A stretch of 64,000 nt of DNA, taken from assembly GCA_025999275.1 (NCBI GenBank), contig AP024680.1, forward strand, positions 180,728 to 244,727. Direction: 5' to 3'. Positions 20,175 through 29,818 of the stretch are shown here, piece by piece; position 1 is the stretch's first letter; each line of letters starts with the position of its first letter. A program made the translations under genes and the position numbers. This DNA comes from Patescibacteria group bacterium. Its GTDB lineage: Bacteria; Patescibacteriota; Microgenomatia; UBA8517. The notes under the pieces were generated by a model that worked only from the letters and a program-made list of their open reading frames with translations, did no database searches and was not told the origin of the DNA.

Positions 20175-22265
20175 ATGGCTAAAAAACTCAAAAGGGTAAA
20201 GTCAAAAAACGCATTTAAGGTTAAGCTCAAACCTGGGGTTGTTTATTCTATTGCCCAAACTCTTTTTTTTCTTTTGTCGTTCTTGGTTATAATTTCCTTC
20301 TCGAGGCAAGGTTTAGCTTTAAGATCGATAAATGACATTCTTGTTTTGTACTTTTCTTGGACCGCTATCTTTTTGCCATTTATCTTTATTACTTTTGGTC
20401 TTTTAATTTCTAAATTTAAAACTCCACTCTCACAACCTAATGTATCTGTTGGAGCCATTCTTTTTTTTGTATCTTTTCTAGCTCTGTTTAGAGCTGGAAT
20501 AATTGGTGCTTATCTGTGGGAAAATTTAGCTATTCTTTTGACTAAAACTGGGTCTTTTTTTCTCCTTCTTGCAACCTCAATGATAGGTTTATTAGTCCTT
20601 TTTAACACTCCTATTGAGCAAATAATTTCTTTTCTTGCCAGTCTGTTAGCTATTCTAAAGCAAACTTTGTTGGGATCAAAGTCTAAGTTGACTAAAACTT
20701 ATCTTAACCCACGACCAAATTTTAGACCCCCTGAGGCGGAAAAGAAACCAGTGACCGTAGAGATTAGCTCCACCCTTAATTCAGACCAGAAAGTTCTTAC
20801 TGCAAACCTAGTTACCAACCTACCTGGCCAAAATGAAATTTGGAAGTATCCTTCGCTTGATATGTTAATGGAAGGTCATGAGGGCAAAGCTGATCGTGGA
20901 GATGTGAATGAGAACGCCGCCACTATTGAGAGAACTCTTGACGATTTTGGTATTTTGGCAAAAGTTGTTGAGGTAAACTACGGACCTGCGGTCACTCAAT
21001 ATGCAATTCAAGTAGCTTCAGGAACAAAACTTTCCAAGATTACAGCTTTGGAGAGAGATTTGGCATTAGCTTTAGCTGCTCCTACTGGAACAATTAGAAT
21101 TGAAGCTCCTATTCCGGGTAGAAGTTTGGTTGGAATTGAATTACCAAATAGGACTCCTGAGTTTGTTTCTTTAAAGAAAATGCTTGAATCTGATGTAATG
21201 AAATCTAATTCGTCTAAGTTGGCTGTGGCCTTGGGTCTTGATGTTTCAGGCAGACCAGTTGTGGCAGATTTGGCTAAGATGCCTCATGTTTTAATTGCTG
21301 GTCAAACTGGTTCAGGTAAGTCTGTTTGTATTAACACTTTTTTAGCCTCACTTCTTTTTAGAACATCTCCGTCTGAAGTTAAGCTGGTGTTAGTAGACCC
21401 AAAAAGGGTGGAGATGACGCACTATGTTGATATTCCCCATCTTTTGACCCCTGTTGTTACCAATTTGGAAGAAATAGTTTCGGTCTTGAAATGGGTTTTG
21501 GATGAGATGGAAAGGCGGTATAAAAAATTTGCTGAGGTGGGTGTAAGAAATATTGATGGTTATAATGAGATGTCTGGTTTTCAGGCTTTACCTTATATTG
21601 TTTTGGTGATTGACGAGTTGGCTGAGGTAATGCTATTTTCGCCGGTTGAAGTCGAGGAGAAGATTGCTAGAATTGCTCAAATGAGTCGGGCTACTGGAAT
21701 TCATATGGTCTTGGCAACTCAACGACCTTCTGTTGATGTTATTACCGGTTTGATCAAAGCCAATATTCCTTGTAGGATTGCTTTTGCTGTTGCTTCTCAA
21801 GTTGATTCTAGAGTAATAATAGATTCTCCGGGAGCTGAGAAACTTTTGGGAAAAGGAGATATGCTTTATTTGCCACCTGAGCAGGCTAAACCTATTCGTA
21901 TTCAGGGTGCTTTTGTTTCAGATAAAGAGATTACAAACTTAACCACTTACCTTAAGAATCAGGGCATATCCCCTGAATATGTGGAGGAAGCAACAAAGAT
22001 GACCCCATCCTCTTCGGGTAGTCGTTTTGGGGTAGATGGTGATTTGGATAAACTTTTTCCGGATGCTGTTAGATTAGTTTGCCAATATGACAAGGCCTCA
22101 ACATCACTTTTACAGAGACGCCTTTCTATTGGTTATTCAAGGGCGGCAAGAATTATGGATCAACTTGAGGCGGCTGGAGTTGTTGGTCCTCAAGACGGTT
22201 CAAAAGCAAGAGATGTTTTGATTTCTAACCCAGAAGAGGTTTTGTCTCCACAGAATGAGGGTTAA
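20175..22265 (+). CDS. ftsK: DNA translocase FtsK
   Basis: N-terminal TM helices, GQTGSGKS, DPKRVE, ATQRPSVDVITG, gamma domain LQRRLSIGYSRAA. Confidence 0.97.
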   Translation: MAKKLKRVKSKNAFKVKLKPGVVYSIAQTLFFLLSFLVIISFSRQGLALRSINDILVLYFSWTAIFLPFIFITFGLLISKFKTPLSQPNVSVGAILFFVSFLALFRAGIIGAYLWENLAILLTKTGSFFLLLATSMIGLLVLFNTPIEQIISFLASLLAILKQTLLGSKSKLTKTYLNPRPNFRPPEAEKKPVTVEISSTLNSDQKVLTANLVTNLPGQNEIWKYPSLDMLMEGHEGKADRGDVNENAATIERTLDDFGILAKVVEVNYGPAVTQYAIQVASGTKLSKITALERDLALALAAPTGTIRIEAPIPGRSLVGIELPNRTPEFVSLKKMLESDVMKSNSSKLAVALGLDVSGRPVVADLAKMPHVLIAGQTGSGKSVCINTFLASLLFRTSPSEVKLVLVDPKRVEMTHYVDIPHLLTPVVTNLEEIVSVLKWVLDEMERRYKKFAEVGVRNIDGYNEMSGFQALPYIVLVIDELAEVMLFSPVEVEEKIARIAQMSRATGIHMVLATQRPSVDVITGLIKANIPCRIAFAVASQVDSRVIIDSPGAEKLLGKGDMLYLPPEQAKPIRIQGAFVSDKEITNLTTYLKNQGISPEYVEEATKMTPSSSGSRFGVDGDLDKLFPDAVRLVCQYDKASTSLLQRRLSIGYSRAARIMDQLEAAGVVGPQDGSKARDVLISNPEEVLSPQNEG

Positions 22266-22273
22266 TTTAAAGT

Positions 22274-22900
22274 ATGCTTACAATTGGAAATTTTATAAAG
22301 AAGGAAAGGATAGAGAAAAAGTTATCTTTGGAATCTTTGGAAAGGAAGACAAAAATAAAAAAGGAGTTTATTTATGCTTTGGAGCGTGAGGATTGGCAGT
22401 CTCTGCCGGAATTTCCAGTTGTCTTAGGATTTGTAAAGAATATTGCTAAGGCTTTGAATGTGAATGAAAATAAAGCAGCAGCTTTTTTAAGGCGGGATTA
22501 TCCGCCAAAAATAGTTTCATTAACTCCCAAAACTCCAATTGGTAAAAAAAGTTTTGTTTGGAGCCCAAGATCAACATTATTAGCTGGAATAATCTTAGCT
22601 GTTTTAGTGGTGGTATCTTTTTTGGGTTATCAGGCTTATCGTTTTTTAAGTCCGCCGTCTTTGGTTTTGTTTTCTCCAAAAGATGGAGATAAAGTCAGAG
22701 TCGGTGAGCTATTAGTTTCCGGAAAAACAGATGTCGATGCCATTGTTTTTGTGAATAATCAACCTGTAGTGATAGATTCTGATGGCAATTTTCAGGCTCA
22801 AATTTTAGTTGATCAAAACACCAACCAGCTTGTGGTTAAAGCCAGATCAAGATCTGGTAAGGAGAGGGTTGTAGAACAAAGATTGGAGGTTGAAGACTAA
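22274..22900 (+). CDS. RodZ-like protein (HTH, TM helix, Ig-like domain)
   Basis: N-terminal HTH (LERKTKIKKEFIYALE...GFVKN), one TM helix, beta-rich C-terminus; follows ftsK. Confidence 0.7.
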   Translation: MLTIGNFIKKERIEKKLSLESLERKTKIKKEFIYALEREDWQSLPEFPVVLGFVKNIAKALNVNENKAAAFLRRDYPPKIVSLTPKTPIGKKSFVWSPRSTLLAGIILAVLVVVSFLGYQAYRFLSPPSLVLFSPKDGDKVRVGELLVSGKTDVDAIVFVNNQPVVIDSDGNFQAQILVDQNTNQLVVKARSRSGKERVVEQRLEVED

Positions 22901-22909
22901 AATTAAAAT

Positions 22910-23152
22910 ATGGAAACAGCACAAAAAATTCTTGCCTTTGTTGCTATCTCTTTGACAGTTTTGTTCTTGATTGTGGGAATACAAGTTTTTTTGGTAATTG
23001 CTGATTTAAGGCAAGCGATTAAAAGATTGAATAGTATTTTGGAGGATGCCATTTTGGGAGGCGGATTGATTAAACCGGAAAAATTGACAGGAGTTATAGA
23101 GATGATCAAAAAGGGCAAGAAAATGGAATCTCACGGGGAAAACTCTCTTTAA
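22910..23152 (+). CDS. Small single-TM hypothetical protein
   Basis: N-terminal hydrophobic helix then an amphipathic helix; operonic spacing. Confidence 0.65.
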   Translation: METAQKILAFVAISLTVLFLIVGIQVFLVIADLRQAIKRLNSILEDAILGGGLIKPEKLTGVIEMIKKGKKMESHGENSL

Positions 23153-23203
23153 ACTTTTGGTGTAAATGTAATCTTTTTGGTTTTATTGTATAATTTACGC
23201 ACG

Positions 23204-25018
23204 ATGTCGACAGGAGCGGAGATTAGGAATAAATATATAAATTTTTTTAAAAGTAAGGGTCATAAAGAGATTCCAGCTTCTCCTTTAGTTTTGGAGGGAG
23301 ATCCAACAACTCTTTTTACCTCAGCTGGAATGCAGCCTTTAATTCCCTATTTGAAAGGGGAAGAACACCCCAAAGGGAGACGTCTTTGTGATGTCCAGCC
23401 CTCACTTAGGCTTCAAGACATAGAAGAGGTGGGAGATAATCGTCATACTACTTTTTTTGAGATGCTTGGCAATTGGAGTTTAGGAGATTATTTTAAGGAA
23501 GAACAACTTTCTTGGTGTCTTGAATTTTTTACAAAAGAGTTGGGCATAGATAAAAATAAACTTTGGGTATCTGTTTTTGAAGGCCTAAGAGATGAAAAAG
23601 GTAAAGAAATAGTTCCAAAGGATGAGACTTCTTATAAAATTTGGCTTAAGTTAGGAATTCCTAAAGAGAGAATTTTCTTTTATGGTCCAAAGAAGAACTG
23701 GTGGAGTCGCTCTGGAACACCTGATGAAATGCCTGAAGGTGAGATTGGAGGACCCGACTCTGAGGTTTTTTATGATTTTGGCACCCCAATCCATCCTGGT
23801 TGCCATCCAAATTGTGACTGTGGCAGATTTTTGGAAATAGGAAATTCTGTTTTTATTGAGTATGAGAAAAAAAATGGCAAGCTTGAAGAATTGCCTTTGA
23901 AGAATGTTGACTTTGGTGGCGGACTTGAAAGAATAGAAATGGCATTGGACAATCAGCCCGATATCTTTAAAACATCTTTACTAAAGGATTTGGTTTTGAA
24001 GATAGAAGAATTGTCATCTACAAAATATGAGGAAAATATATCAACAGATAAAAGCTTTAGAATAATATCTGATCATTTGCGCGCGGCTGTAAATATAATG
24101 GCTGAGGGGGTTTATCCTTCAAATAAGCTTCATGGCTACGTAGCAAGAAGATTGATTAGAAAATCAGTTTTTCATCTTTTTTTGCTGGGAGTGAATGAAA
24201 CAGGCTCTCTTTCTCAAATAGCCTCGGTCTTGAAAAATGAGGATAAGATAAACAACAATTGGCAATTTATAAAAGAGAATCTTGAAATTGAGGAAATGAA
24301 GTTTAAAAAAATAATGGAGGTTGGTGTCAAAAAGCTTGATAGGCTGGTTTCTTCTGGTAAAAACATAGATGGCAAAACTGCTTTTGATCTTTATCAAAAC
24401 GATGGATTTCCGTTAGAGTTGACCTTGGAATTCTTGCGTCGCAAGGGGATGAGATTTACAAAAAAATCTGAAGAAATTTTTAAGCGTGAGTTTGAACGTC
24501 ACCGTGAGCTTTCAAGAAAAACTACAGCCCGTGTTTTTAAGGGTGGTTTAGCAGATAATTCTAAAGAGGTTGTTAAACTTCATACAGCTACCCATCTAAT
24601 TCATGCTTCTTTGCGAAAAATTTTTGGGGATACTGTTTCTCAAAAAGGATCGAATATTACCGCTGAGAGACTGAGGTTTGATTTTTCTTTCCCCAGGAAA
24701 TTAACAGATGAAGAGATTGGTAAAGTGGAAAAGATGGTGAATGAAGTTATAGATAAAGGTTTGCCGGTGGTTTTTGAGACGAAATCTCTTGATGAAGCAA
24801 TTTCTGAAGGAGCACTCCATTTTTTTGCGGAGAGATATGGCAAGGAGGTAAAAGTTTATACAGTAGGTGATCCTAAAGGTGATTATTTCTCCAAAGAGGT
24901 TTGTGGGGGGCCTCATGTTGAAAATACCAAGGAAATTGGTCATGTTAAAATATTTAAGCAGGAGAAGCTCGGCTTGGGTGTGGTAAGAATTTATGCCACC
25001 AATAAAGTTCTGGATTAA
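23204..25018 (+). CDS. alaS: Alanine--tRNA ligase, short form lacking C-Ala
   Basis: LFTSAGMQP, HTTFFEMLGNWS, editing motifs HTATH and CGGPH. Confidence 0.96.
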   Translation: MSTGAEIRNKYINFFKSKGHKEIPASPLVLEGDPTTLFTSAGMQPLIPYLKGEEHPKGRRLCDVQPSLRLQDIEEVGDNRHTTFFEMLGNWSLGDYFKEEQLSWCLEFFTKELGIDKNKLWVSVFEGLRDEKGKEIVPKDETSYKIWLKLGIPKERIFFYGPKKNWWSRSGTPDEMPEGEIGGPDSEVFYDFGTPIHPGCHPNCDCGRFLEIGNSVFIEYEKKNGKLEELPLKNVDFGGGLERIEMALDNQPDIFKTSLLKDLVLKIEELSSTKYEENISTDKSFRIISDHLRAAVNIMAEGVYPSNKLHGYVARRLIRKSVFHLFLLGVNETGSLSQIASVLKNEDKINNNWQFIKENLEIEEMKFKKIMEVGVKKLDRLVSSGKNIDGKTAFDLYQNDGFPLELTLEFLRRKGMRFTKKSEEIFKREFERHRELSRKTTARVFKGGLADNSKEVVKLHTATHLIHASLRKIFGDTVSQKGSNITAERLRFDFSFPRKLTDEEIGKVEKMVNEVIDKGLPVVFETKSLDEAISEGALHFFAERYGKEVKVYTVGDPKGDYFSKEVCGGPHVENTKEIGHVKIFKQEKLGLGVVRIYATNKVLD

Positions 25019-25045
25019 AAGCTTATTTTCTGCTTTAATGAATTA

Positions 25046-27268
25046 ATGGATTTTAAAGATATACTGCCCAAAAAGTTAGAGCAGAAAGAATGTTATTGGT
25101 CTATTGTTATCGAGCCCGATTGGGTCCAATCTGGTATTTGGAAAGTTGATGATGGTAAGGTTGACGTTGTTTCATTTGGAGCGCCTCTTTCCTGGCAGAA
25201 AGGTCATGATCTAGTTGAAGTAGTAGATTCTTCTTTATCTGTGGCTATTCAAAATTTGACGGAAGATGTGGAACCTTCCAAAACTGTTTTTGGTCTACCA
25301 CCCTTTTGGGTAGAAAATGGTCAGATTAAACCCGATTATCAAGAGCAAATAAAGAGAATTTGTCAGGAACTTTCGCTTAAACCTGTTGGTTTTGTTGCTT
25401 TGACTGAAGCAATTGCTTATTATCTTAAATCCCAGGAGGGTGACTTTTTAAGTGCCATTGTTGTGGCAATTTTTGAAGAGAATTTAAGTGTTTCACTTTT
25501 TGTTGACGGAAAAGTTAAAGGTGAGTCGCAGGTGGCAAGAAGTGTTTCTTTAGTTGAAGATTTAGTTGAAGGAATTTCAAGATTTTCTTTTAGTCAACCA
25601 TTACCGCCGCGGATCATATTGTATGACGGAAGAGAAGGTGAGCTTGAAGATTTAAGACAGACCTTAACTACTGCTGATTGGAGTCAATATCCAACTTTGA
25701 AATTTCTTCACCTTCCAAAAATAGAAATTATTAGGTCTGAAGAAAAGATTTTAGCCATCTCTCTTGCGGGGGGTGTAGAACTTGAAGGGGCAAATAGGGT
25801 GGAGCTGGTTTCAGAAGAAGGAGAAGAGCGAGAAAAAAGTGGAATAGAAAGGATTGAATCAAAAGCCGAAGGTGATAATTTTAAGACAGTTGATGAGAGT
25901 CTTGATTTTGTTGTTGGTGAGGATATAAAGAAGGTGTCTGAAGAAGTTATTGGAAGTGCTTTTGATGGGGGAAAAGAAGATGCGGTGTTAACTTCTTCTG
26001 TTCCGGTCCAATCTGAGACCACTCAGGCCCAAAAATCTTTTTTATTTCCTCTTTTTGACAAAGTTAAAAGAATGTTTCTTCGGAGAAGGGAAAAAGGGAA
26101 AAATATAATTTTCAGCTCTCCTTTTGGTTTCGATAAAAAACCTTTAATTATTGGTCTTTTGTCTTTTGTTTTCTTTTTAGTGGCTGGTTTTTTGATTTGG
26201 TGGTTTTTGCCTTCGGCACAGGTGACGATATATGTTTCACCACAAAAGATAGAAGAGAAAGCTGATTTAAGGCTTGATAAATCTTTGACTTCTCTTGATT
26301 TATCTTCAAAAGCACTGCCGGCAAAAGAGATAAAAAAGGAGATTTCTGGAGAAAAAACTATTTCTGTAACAGGATCTAAAATTGTTGGAGATAAAGCTAA
26401 AGGCAAAGTCGAGATTTATAGGACAGGAGGTGAAATTACACTTCCCAAAGGAACCAAATTACAAAGTAGTTCTGGTTTAATCTTTGTCCTTGATGAAGAC
26501 ACCAATATTGCTAGTGGAAGTGCCTCTACTCCTAGTAAGACTGAGGCTTCAGTTACCGCTTTTGACATAGGTTCAGAGTACAATTTGGCTTCTGGAGAAT
26601 CTTTTTCTGTTGGAAATTATGCTACGAGCACGATTGAGGCAAAAAATGAGGAAGCTTTTTCTGGAGGTTCAAGCCGTGAGATTAGTGCTGTTTCTTCAAA
26701 GGATTACGAAAAAGTTCTCGATGATCTTAAAAAGGAACTGGAGGAAAAACTACTTGCTGATATTGAGCCCAGTATTGGCGGTAATGAAATAGCTGTAAGG
26801 GAATCACTTAAGGAAGATATAAAAAATCAAACTTATAATCATAAAGTTGGTGATGAGGCTGATAGCTTGAAGCTTAATTTAACACTATCAGCATCAATTT
26901 TGGTTATTAATAAAGATGATCTTTATCAAATAGCAAAAGAGATTCTAAAAGATAAGACCCCTTCAGGTTACAGCCTAAGGCAGGACCAGCTTAAAGTTAG
27001 TTTTAGTTTGGGTGAGGAAAACAACCAAACATACAGTTTTAAGGTAAATTTTGTGGCCAATCTTTTACCCAAGGTTAGTCAAGAAGAGATAGCAAAAACT
27101 ATAGCTGGAAGAGACATTGAGATTGCCAGAAATTATCTTATAAAAGATCGTGGTTATGACAGAGTTGAAATTACTGTTAAGCCCAATTTTGGTTTTCGGA
27201 AGTTGATGGTATTACCCCATATTGCCAAAAGAATCTATATTCAATTTGAAGCGTCTCCTTCCTCTTAA
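25046..27268 (+). CDS. Hypothetical fusion: degenerate FtsA/PilM-like actin fold, one TM helix, baseplate-J-like extracellular domain
   Basis: N-terminal strand/helix pattern resembles ASKHA proteins; TM at about aa 366-388; LPKGT...G.IF...V.A...G..YN...N...FSGG pattern. Confidence 0.55.
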   Translation: MDFKDILPKKLEQKECYWSIVIEPDWVQSGIWKVDDGKVDVVSFGAPLSWQKGHDLVEVVDSSLSVAIQNLTEDVEPSKTVFGLPPFWVENGQIKPDYQEQIKRICQELSLKPVGFVALTEAIAYYLKSQEGDFLSAIVVAIFEENLSVSLFVDGKVKGESQVARSVSLVEDLVEGISRFSFSQPLPPRIILYDGREGELEDLRQTLTTADWSQYPTLKFLHLPKIEIIRSEEKILAISLAGGVELEGANRVELVSEEGEEREKSGIERIESKAEGDNFKTVDESLDFVVGEDIKKVSEEVIGSAFDGGKEDAVLTSSVPVQSETTQAQKSFLFPLFDKVKRMFLRRREKGKNIIFSSPFGFDKKPLIIGLLSFVFFLVAGFLIWWFLPSAQVTIYVSPQKIEEKADLRLDKSLTSLDLSSKALPAKEIKKEISGEKTISVTGSKIVGDKAKGKVEIYRTGGEITLPKGTKLQSSSGLIFVLDEDTNIASGSASTPSKTEASVTAFDIGSEYNLASGESFSVGNYATSTIEAKNEEAFSGGSSREISAVSSKDYEKVLDDLKKELEEKLLADIEPSIGGNEIAVRESLKEDIKNQTYNHKVGDEADSLKLNLTLSASILVINKDDLYQIAKEILKDKTPSGYSLRQDQLKVSFSLGEENNQTYSFKVNFVANLLPKVSQEEIAKTIAGRDIEIARNYLIKDRGYDRVEITVKPNFGFRKLMVLPHIAKRIYIQFEASPSS

Positions 27269-27313
27269 TTAATTTTAATTAATGTTTTTATCTCTTTGTG
27301 GTAAATTAGAATT

Positions 27314-28015
27314 ATGAAAATTAGGAAAAATAAGTTACTGATTAGAGTCTTGGCTTTTTTAATGGGTTTTTTTGGCTTTTTTGTTTTGGCTGTTACTTTT
27401 TATCCAATTTTAAAATATGAAATTCTCTCTCGGGATAAATACCCATCATTTTTGGTTCCACTGGCAGAATCTGACATAGATTTTTTTTCTGGTAAAGATT
27501 ACACAAAAGCTAGTAATTGGTTTGAGGGTGGATTGAGAAAGGAAGATTTTAATTTACCCAAGGTTACATTTTACAATCTTTCTATACCCAAATTGCGGAT
27601 TGAGAACGCAGTGGTGGCAATAGGGGGAGAAGATTTGAATGACCATTTAATTCAATATCCTGGTACCGCCTTGCCTGGTAGACGTGGAAATGCAGTTATT
27701 TTTGGCCATTCAATTTTGCCTAGATTTTATGATCCTAAGAAATATATTTCTATTTTTTCTCTTTTGCCCACTTTAGAAAAAGGAGATTCGATTTATGTTT
27801 ATTTTGATGGTATTGAGTACACCTATCGAGTTGAAGATATGTTTGAAGTAGCTCCTTCTGATATTCAAGTATTGGAACAGAATTCATCAGATTCTTATTT
27901 GACACTGGTTACTTGTACACCACCTGGGGATCCAAGAAAGCCAAGACGTTTGGTTGTTAGAGCAAGAATTGTTTCACAAGATTCAGCAGGGGTTTTTGAC
28001 TCTTCTAATTTATGA
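27314..28015 (+). CDS. Sortase
   Basis: N-terminal TM anchor; His (IFGHS), TLVTC and Arg (RRLVV) triad. Confidence 0.9.
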   Translation: MKIRKNKLLIRVLAFLMGFFGFFVLAVTFYPILKYEILSRDKYPSFLVPLAESDIDFFSGKDYTKASNWFEGGLRKEDFNLPKVTFYNLSIPKLRIENAVVAIGGEDLNDHLIQYPGTALPGRRGNAVIFGHSILPRFYDPKKYISIFSLLPTLEKGDSIYVYFDGIEYTYRVEDMFEVAPSDIQVLEQNSSDSYLTLVTCTPPGDPRKPRRLVVRARIVSQDSAGVFDSSNL

Positions 28016-28401
28016 AAATATTAGGCGTAGATTATGGAAAATCGAAGGTGGGTTTGGCGATAGCTGAGAGTAAGTTTCCTTTTCCTTTTGGTGTAATTAG
28101 ATTTAGGAGTGAGGATTTTATTATTAGAAAAATTTTGGATGTGGTTGAAAAAGAAAAAATAGAGAAAGTTGTTTTGGGGGTTTCGGAAGGAAGGATGAAA
28201 AAAGAGAGTGTCGCTTTTGGGCAAAAGTTAAAGAGAATATTAAAAGTACCTATTGTTTTTCAAGACGAAACTTTAACTTCTAAAGAAGCTCAACTCCTTT
28301 CTCTTGAGGCAGGAATTAAGAGAAAAAAAAGGCGATCTCTTGAAGATGCTTATGCTGCCTCCTTGATACTTGAGAATTATCTTGAAAGATCAACTAGTTG
28401 A
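28012..28401 (+). CDS. ruvX: YqgF/RuvX RNase H-fold nuclease
   Basis: ILGVDYG, QDETLTS, DAYAASLIL. Confidence 0.9.
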   Translation: MKILGVDYGKSKVGLAIAESKFPFPFGVIRFRSEDFIIRKILDVVEKEKIEKVVLGVSEGRMKKESVAFGQKLKRILKVPIVFQDETLTSKEAQLLSLEAGIKRKKRRSLEDAYAASLILENYLERSTS

Positions 28402-28432
28402 TTTAGTTTTTGAATTTTGTTAGACTGAACTG

Positions 28433-28633
28433 ATGTTTAAGAATGTTATTGCGCCCATTCAAGCCTGGCTTTTGTCCCAAGGAAGATGTGTGGGTTGTGG
28501 TAAACCTCTTTCTGGGGGTAAAAGAGAGAAACATGTTGGGGGGAATCAAAAAGTAACCTGTTTTTGTGGGCGCATTTATATTTATAACCCTAAAACAAAG
28601 ACCTACAGACGCGCTCTGATTGAGGAAGTTTAA
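28433..28633 (+). CDS. Small Zn-ribbon-like hypothetical protein
   Basis: CVGC...CFC; has its own TTGATT-17-TAGACT promoter. Confidence 0.7.
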   Translation: MFKNVIAPIQAWLLSQGRCVGCGKPLSGGKREKHVGGNQKVTCFCGRIYIYNPKTKTYRRALIEEV

Positions 28634-28658
28634 GTAGTGTCTTCAAGAGGAAATTCTA

Positions 28659-29657
28659 ATGAAAAAGATTGTTTTCATTTTTTTAGCTCTTCTATTTTTC
28701 TTGATCTTTGTATTTTGTTTTGTTTGGTGGAAAGAAGCCACTAAACCCAAGGACCCTGGTTTTAAAGCATTTATGAGTTTTGTTGTTCCTCGCGGTTCTT
28801 CTGCCAGTCAGGTGGGTAAAAAATTGCAGGACGAAGGTTTAATTAGGAGTTCTTTGGCTTTCAAAATTTATTTTCAGTTTCAAGGAAAATCTTCTCAAAT
28901 CAAAGCAGGGGAGTATCAGATTTCTCCATCTGAGACGATGCAACAGATAGTTAATAAATTGATTTCTGGCCCCCGTCTTTTTTGGGTTACTTTTCCTGAG
29001 GGTTTAAGAAAAGAGGAAATAGCCTTAAAGTTAATTAAAGAACTAAATATTGAAAATTCTCCAAGTTTCTATAATCAGTTTCTTGAGGAATCAAAAGGTA
29101 AAGAAGGTTTCCTTTTCCCTGATACTTATCTTTTACCAAAAGAGATTACTGCAGATAAATTTGTTGGCCTTCTTTATAATAATTTTCTTGCTAAAACAAA
29201 ACCTTTAGAGAACGATATTAAAAGGACAGGTATGAGTTTAGAGCAAGTAATTATTTTTGCCTCAATTATTGAAAGAGAAACAAGGTCTGAGAGTGAACGC
29301 CCAATTGTGGCAGGAATTTTGATTAAAAGACTTAAAAGTGGTTGGCCTTTACAGGTTGATGCTTCGGTACAATATGCCGTTGCGACAAAAAATTGTATTG
29401 GTTTTAATCCTGATTGCAAGTGGTGGCCAATTTTAACAAAGAACGATATGGATATTAACTCGCCATTTAACAGTTATAAATTTAAAGGATTGCCTCCAAC
29501 CCCAATTTCAAATCCTGGAATCTCTTCAATTAAAGCCGTGATTTATTCAAAAGAAAGCAATTATTGGTTCTACTTGCACGATGATAAGGGGAATGTTTAC
29601 TTTGCTAAGACTCTAGAGGAACACCAATCAAATATTAGAAAATATTTAAGGAAGTAG
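28659..29657 (+). CDS. mltG: Endolytic transglycosylase MltG
   Basis: TFPEG, EGFLFPDTY, ASIIERE, LQVDAS, GLPPTPISNPG. Confidence 0.95.
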   Translation: MKKIVFIFLALLFFLIFVFCFVWWKEATKPKDPGFKAFMSFVVPRGSSASQVGKKLQDEGLIRSSLAFKIYFQFQGKSSQIKAGEYQISPSETMQQIVNKLISGPRLFWVTFPEGLRKEEIALKLIKELNIENSPSFYNQFLEESKGKEGFLFPDTYLLPKEITADKFVGLLYNNFLAKTKPLENDIKRTGMSLEQVIIFASIIERETRSESERPIVAGILIKRLKSGWPLQVDASVQYAVATKNCIGFNPDCKWWPILTKNDMDINSPFNSYKFKGLPPTPISNPGISSIKAVIYSKESNYWFYLHDDKGNVYFAKTLEEHQSNIRKYLRK

Positions 29658-29687
29658 GTTTGACAATTTCTGGGAGTCTTTTTCCTC

Positions 29688-29775
29688 TTGACAGATATAA
29701 AAATATATATATAATCACCGTTAGGCGTAACTGTAGCTTACGCTCCTTTGTTTGTTCCCATTAAGGGATTTTTTT
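29688..29775 (+). promoter_or_regulatory. rpoB promoter and structured leader
   Basis: TTGACA-16-TATAAT; hairpins GCGTAA/TTACGC and TCCC/GGGA followed by T7. Confidence 0.6.
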
Positions 29776-29818
29776 GTGTGTATTTTTAGCAACAAAGGAT
29801 AATAATTTTGCCTTGGCA

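Noticed and set aside
25046-27268. Prophage or contractile injection system suggested by the baseplate-J-like domain
   Set aside because: No sheath, tube, spike, capsid or terminase genes are nearby. The protein is membrane-anchored among housekeeping genes.
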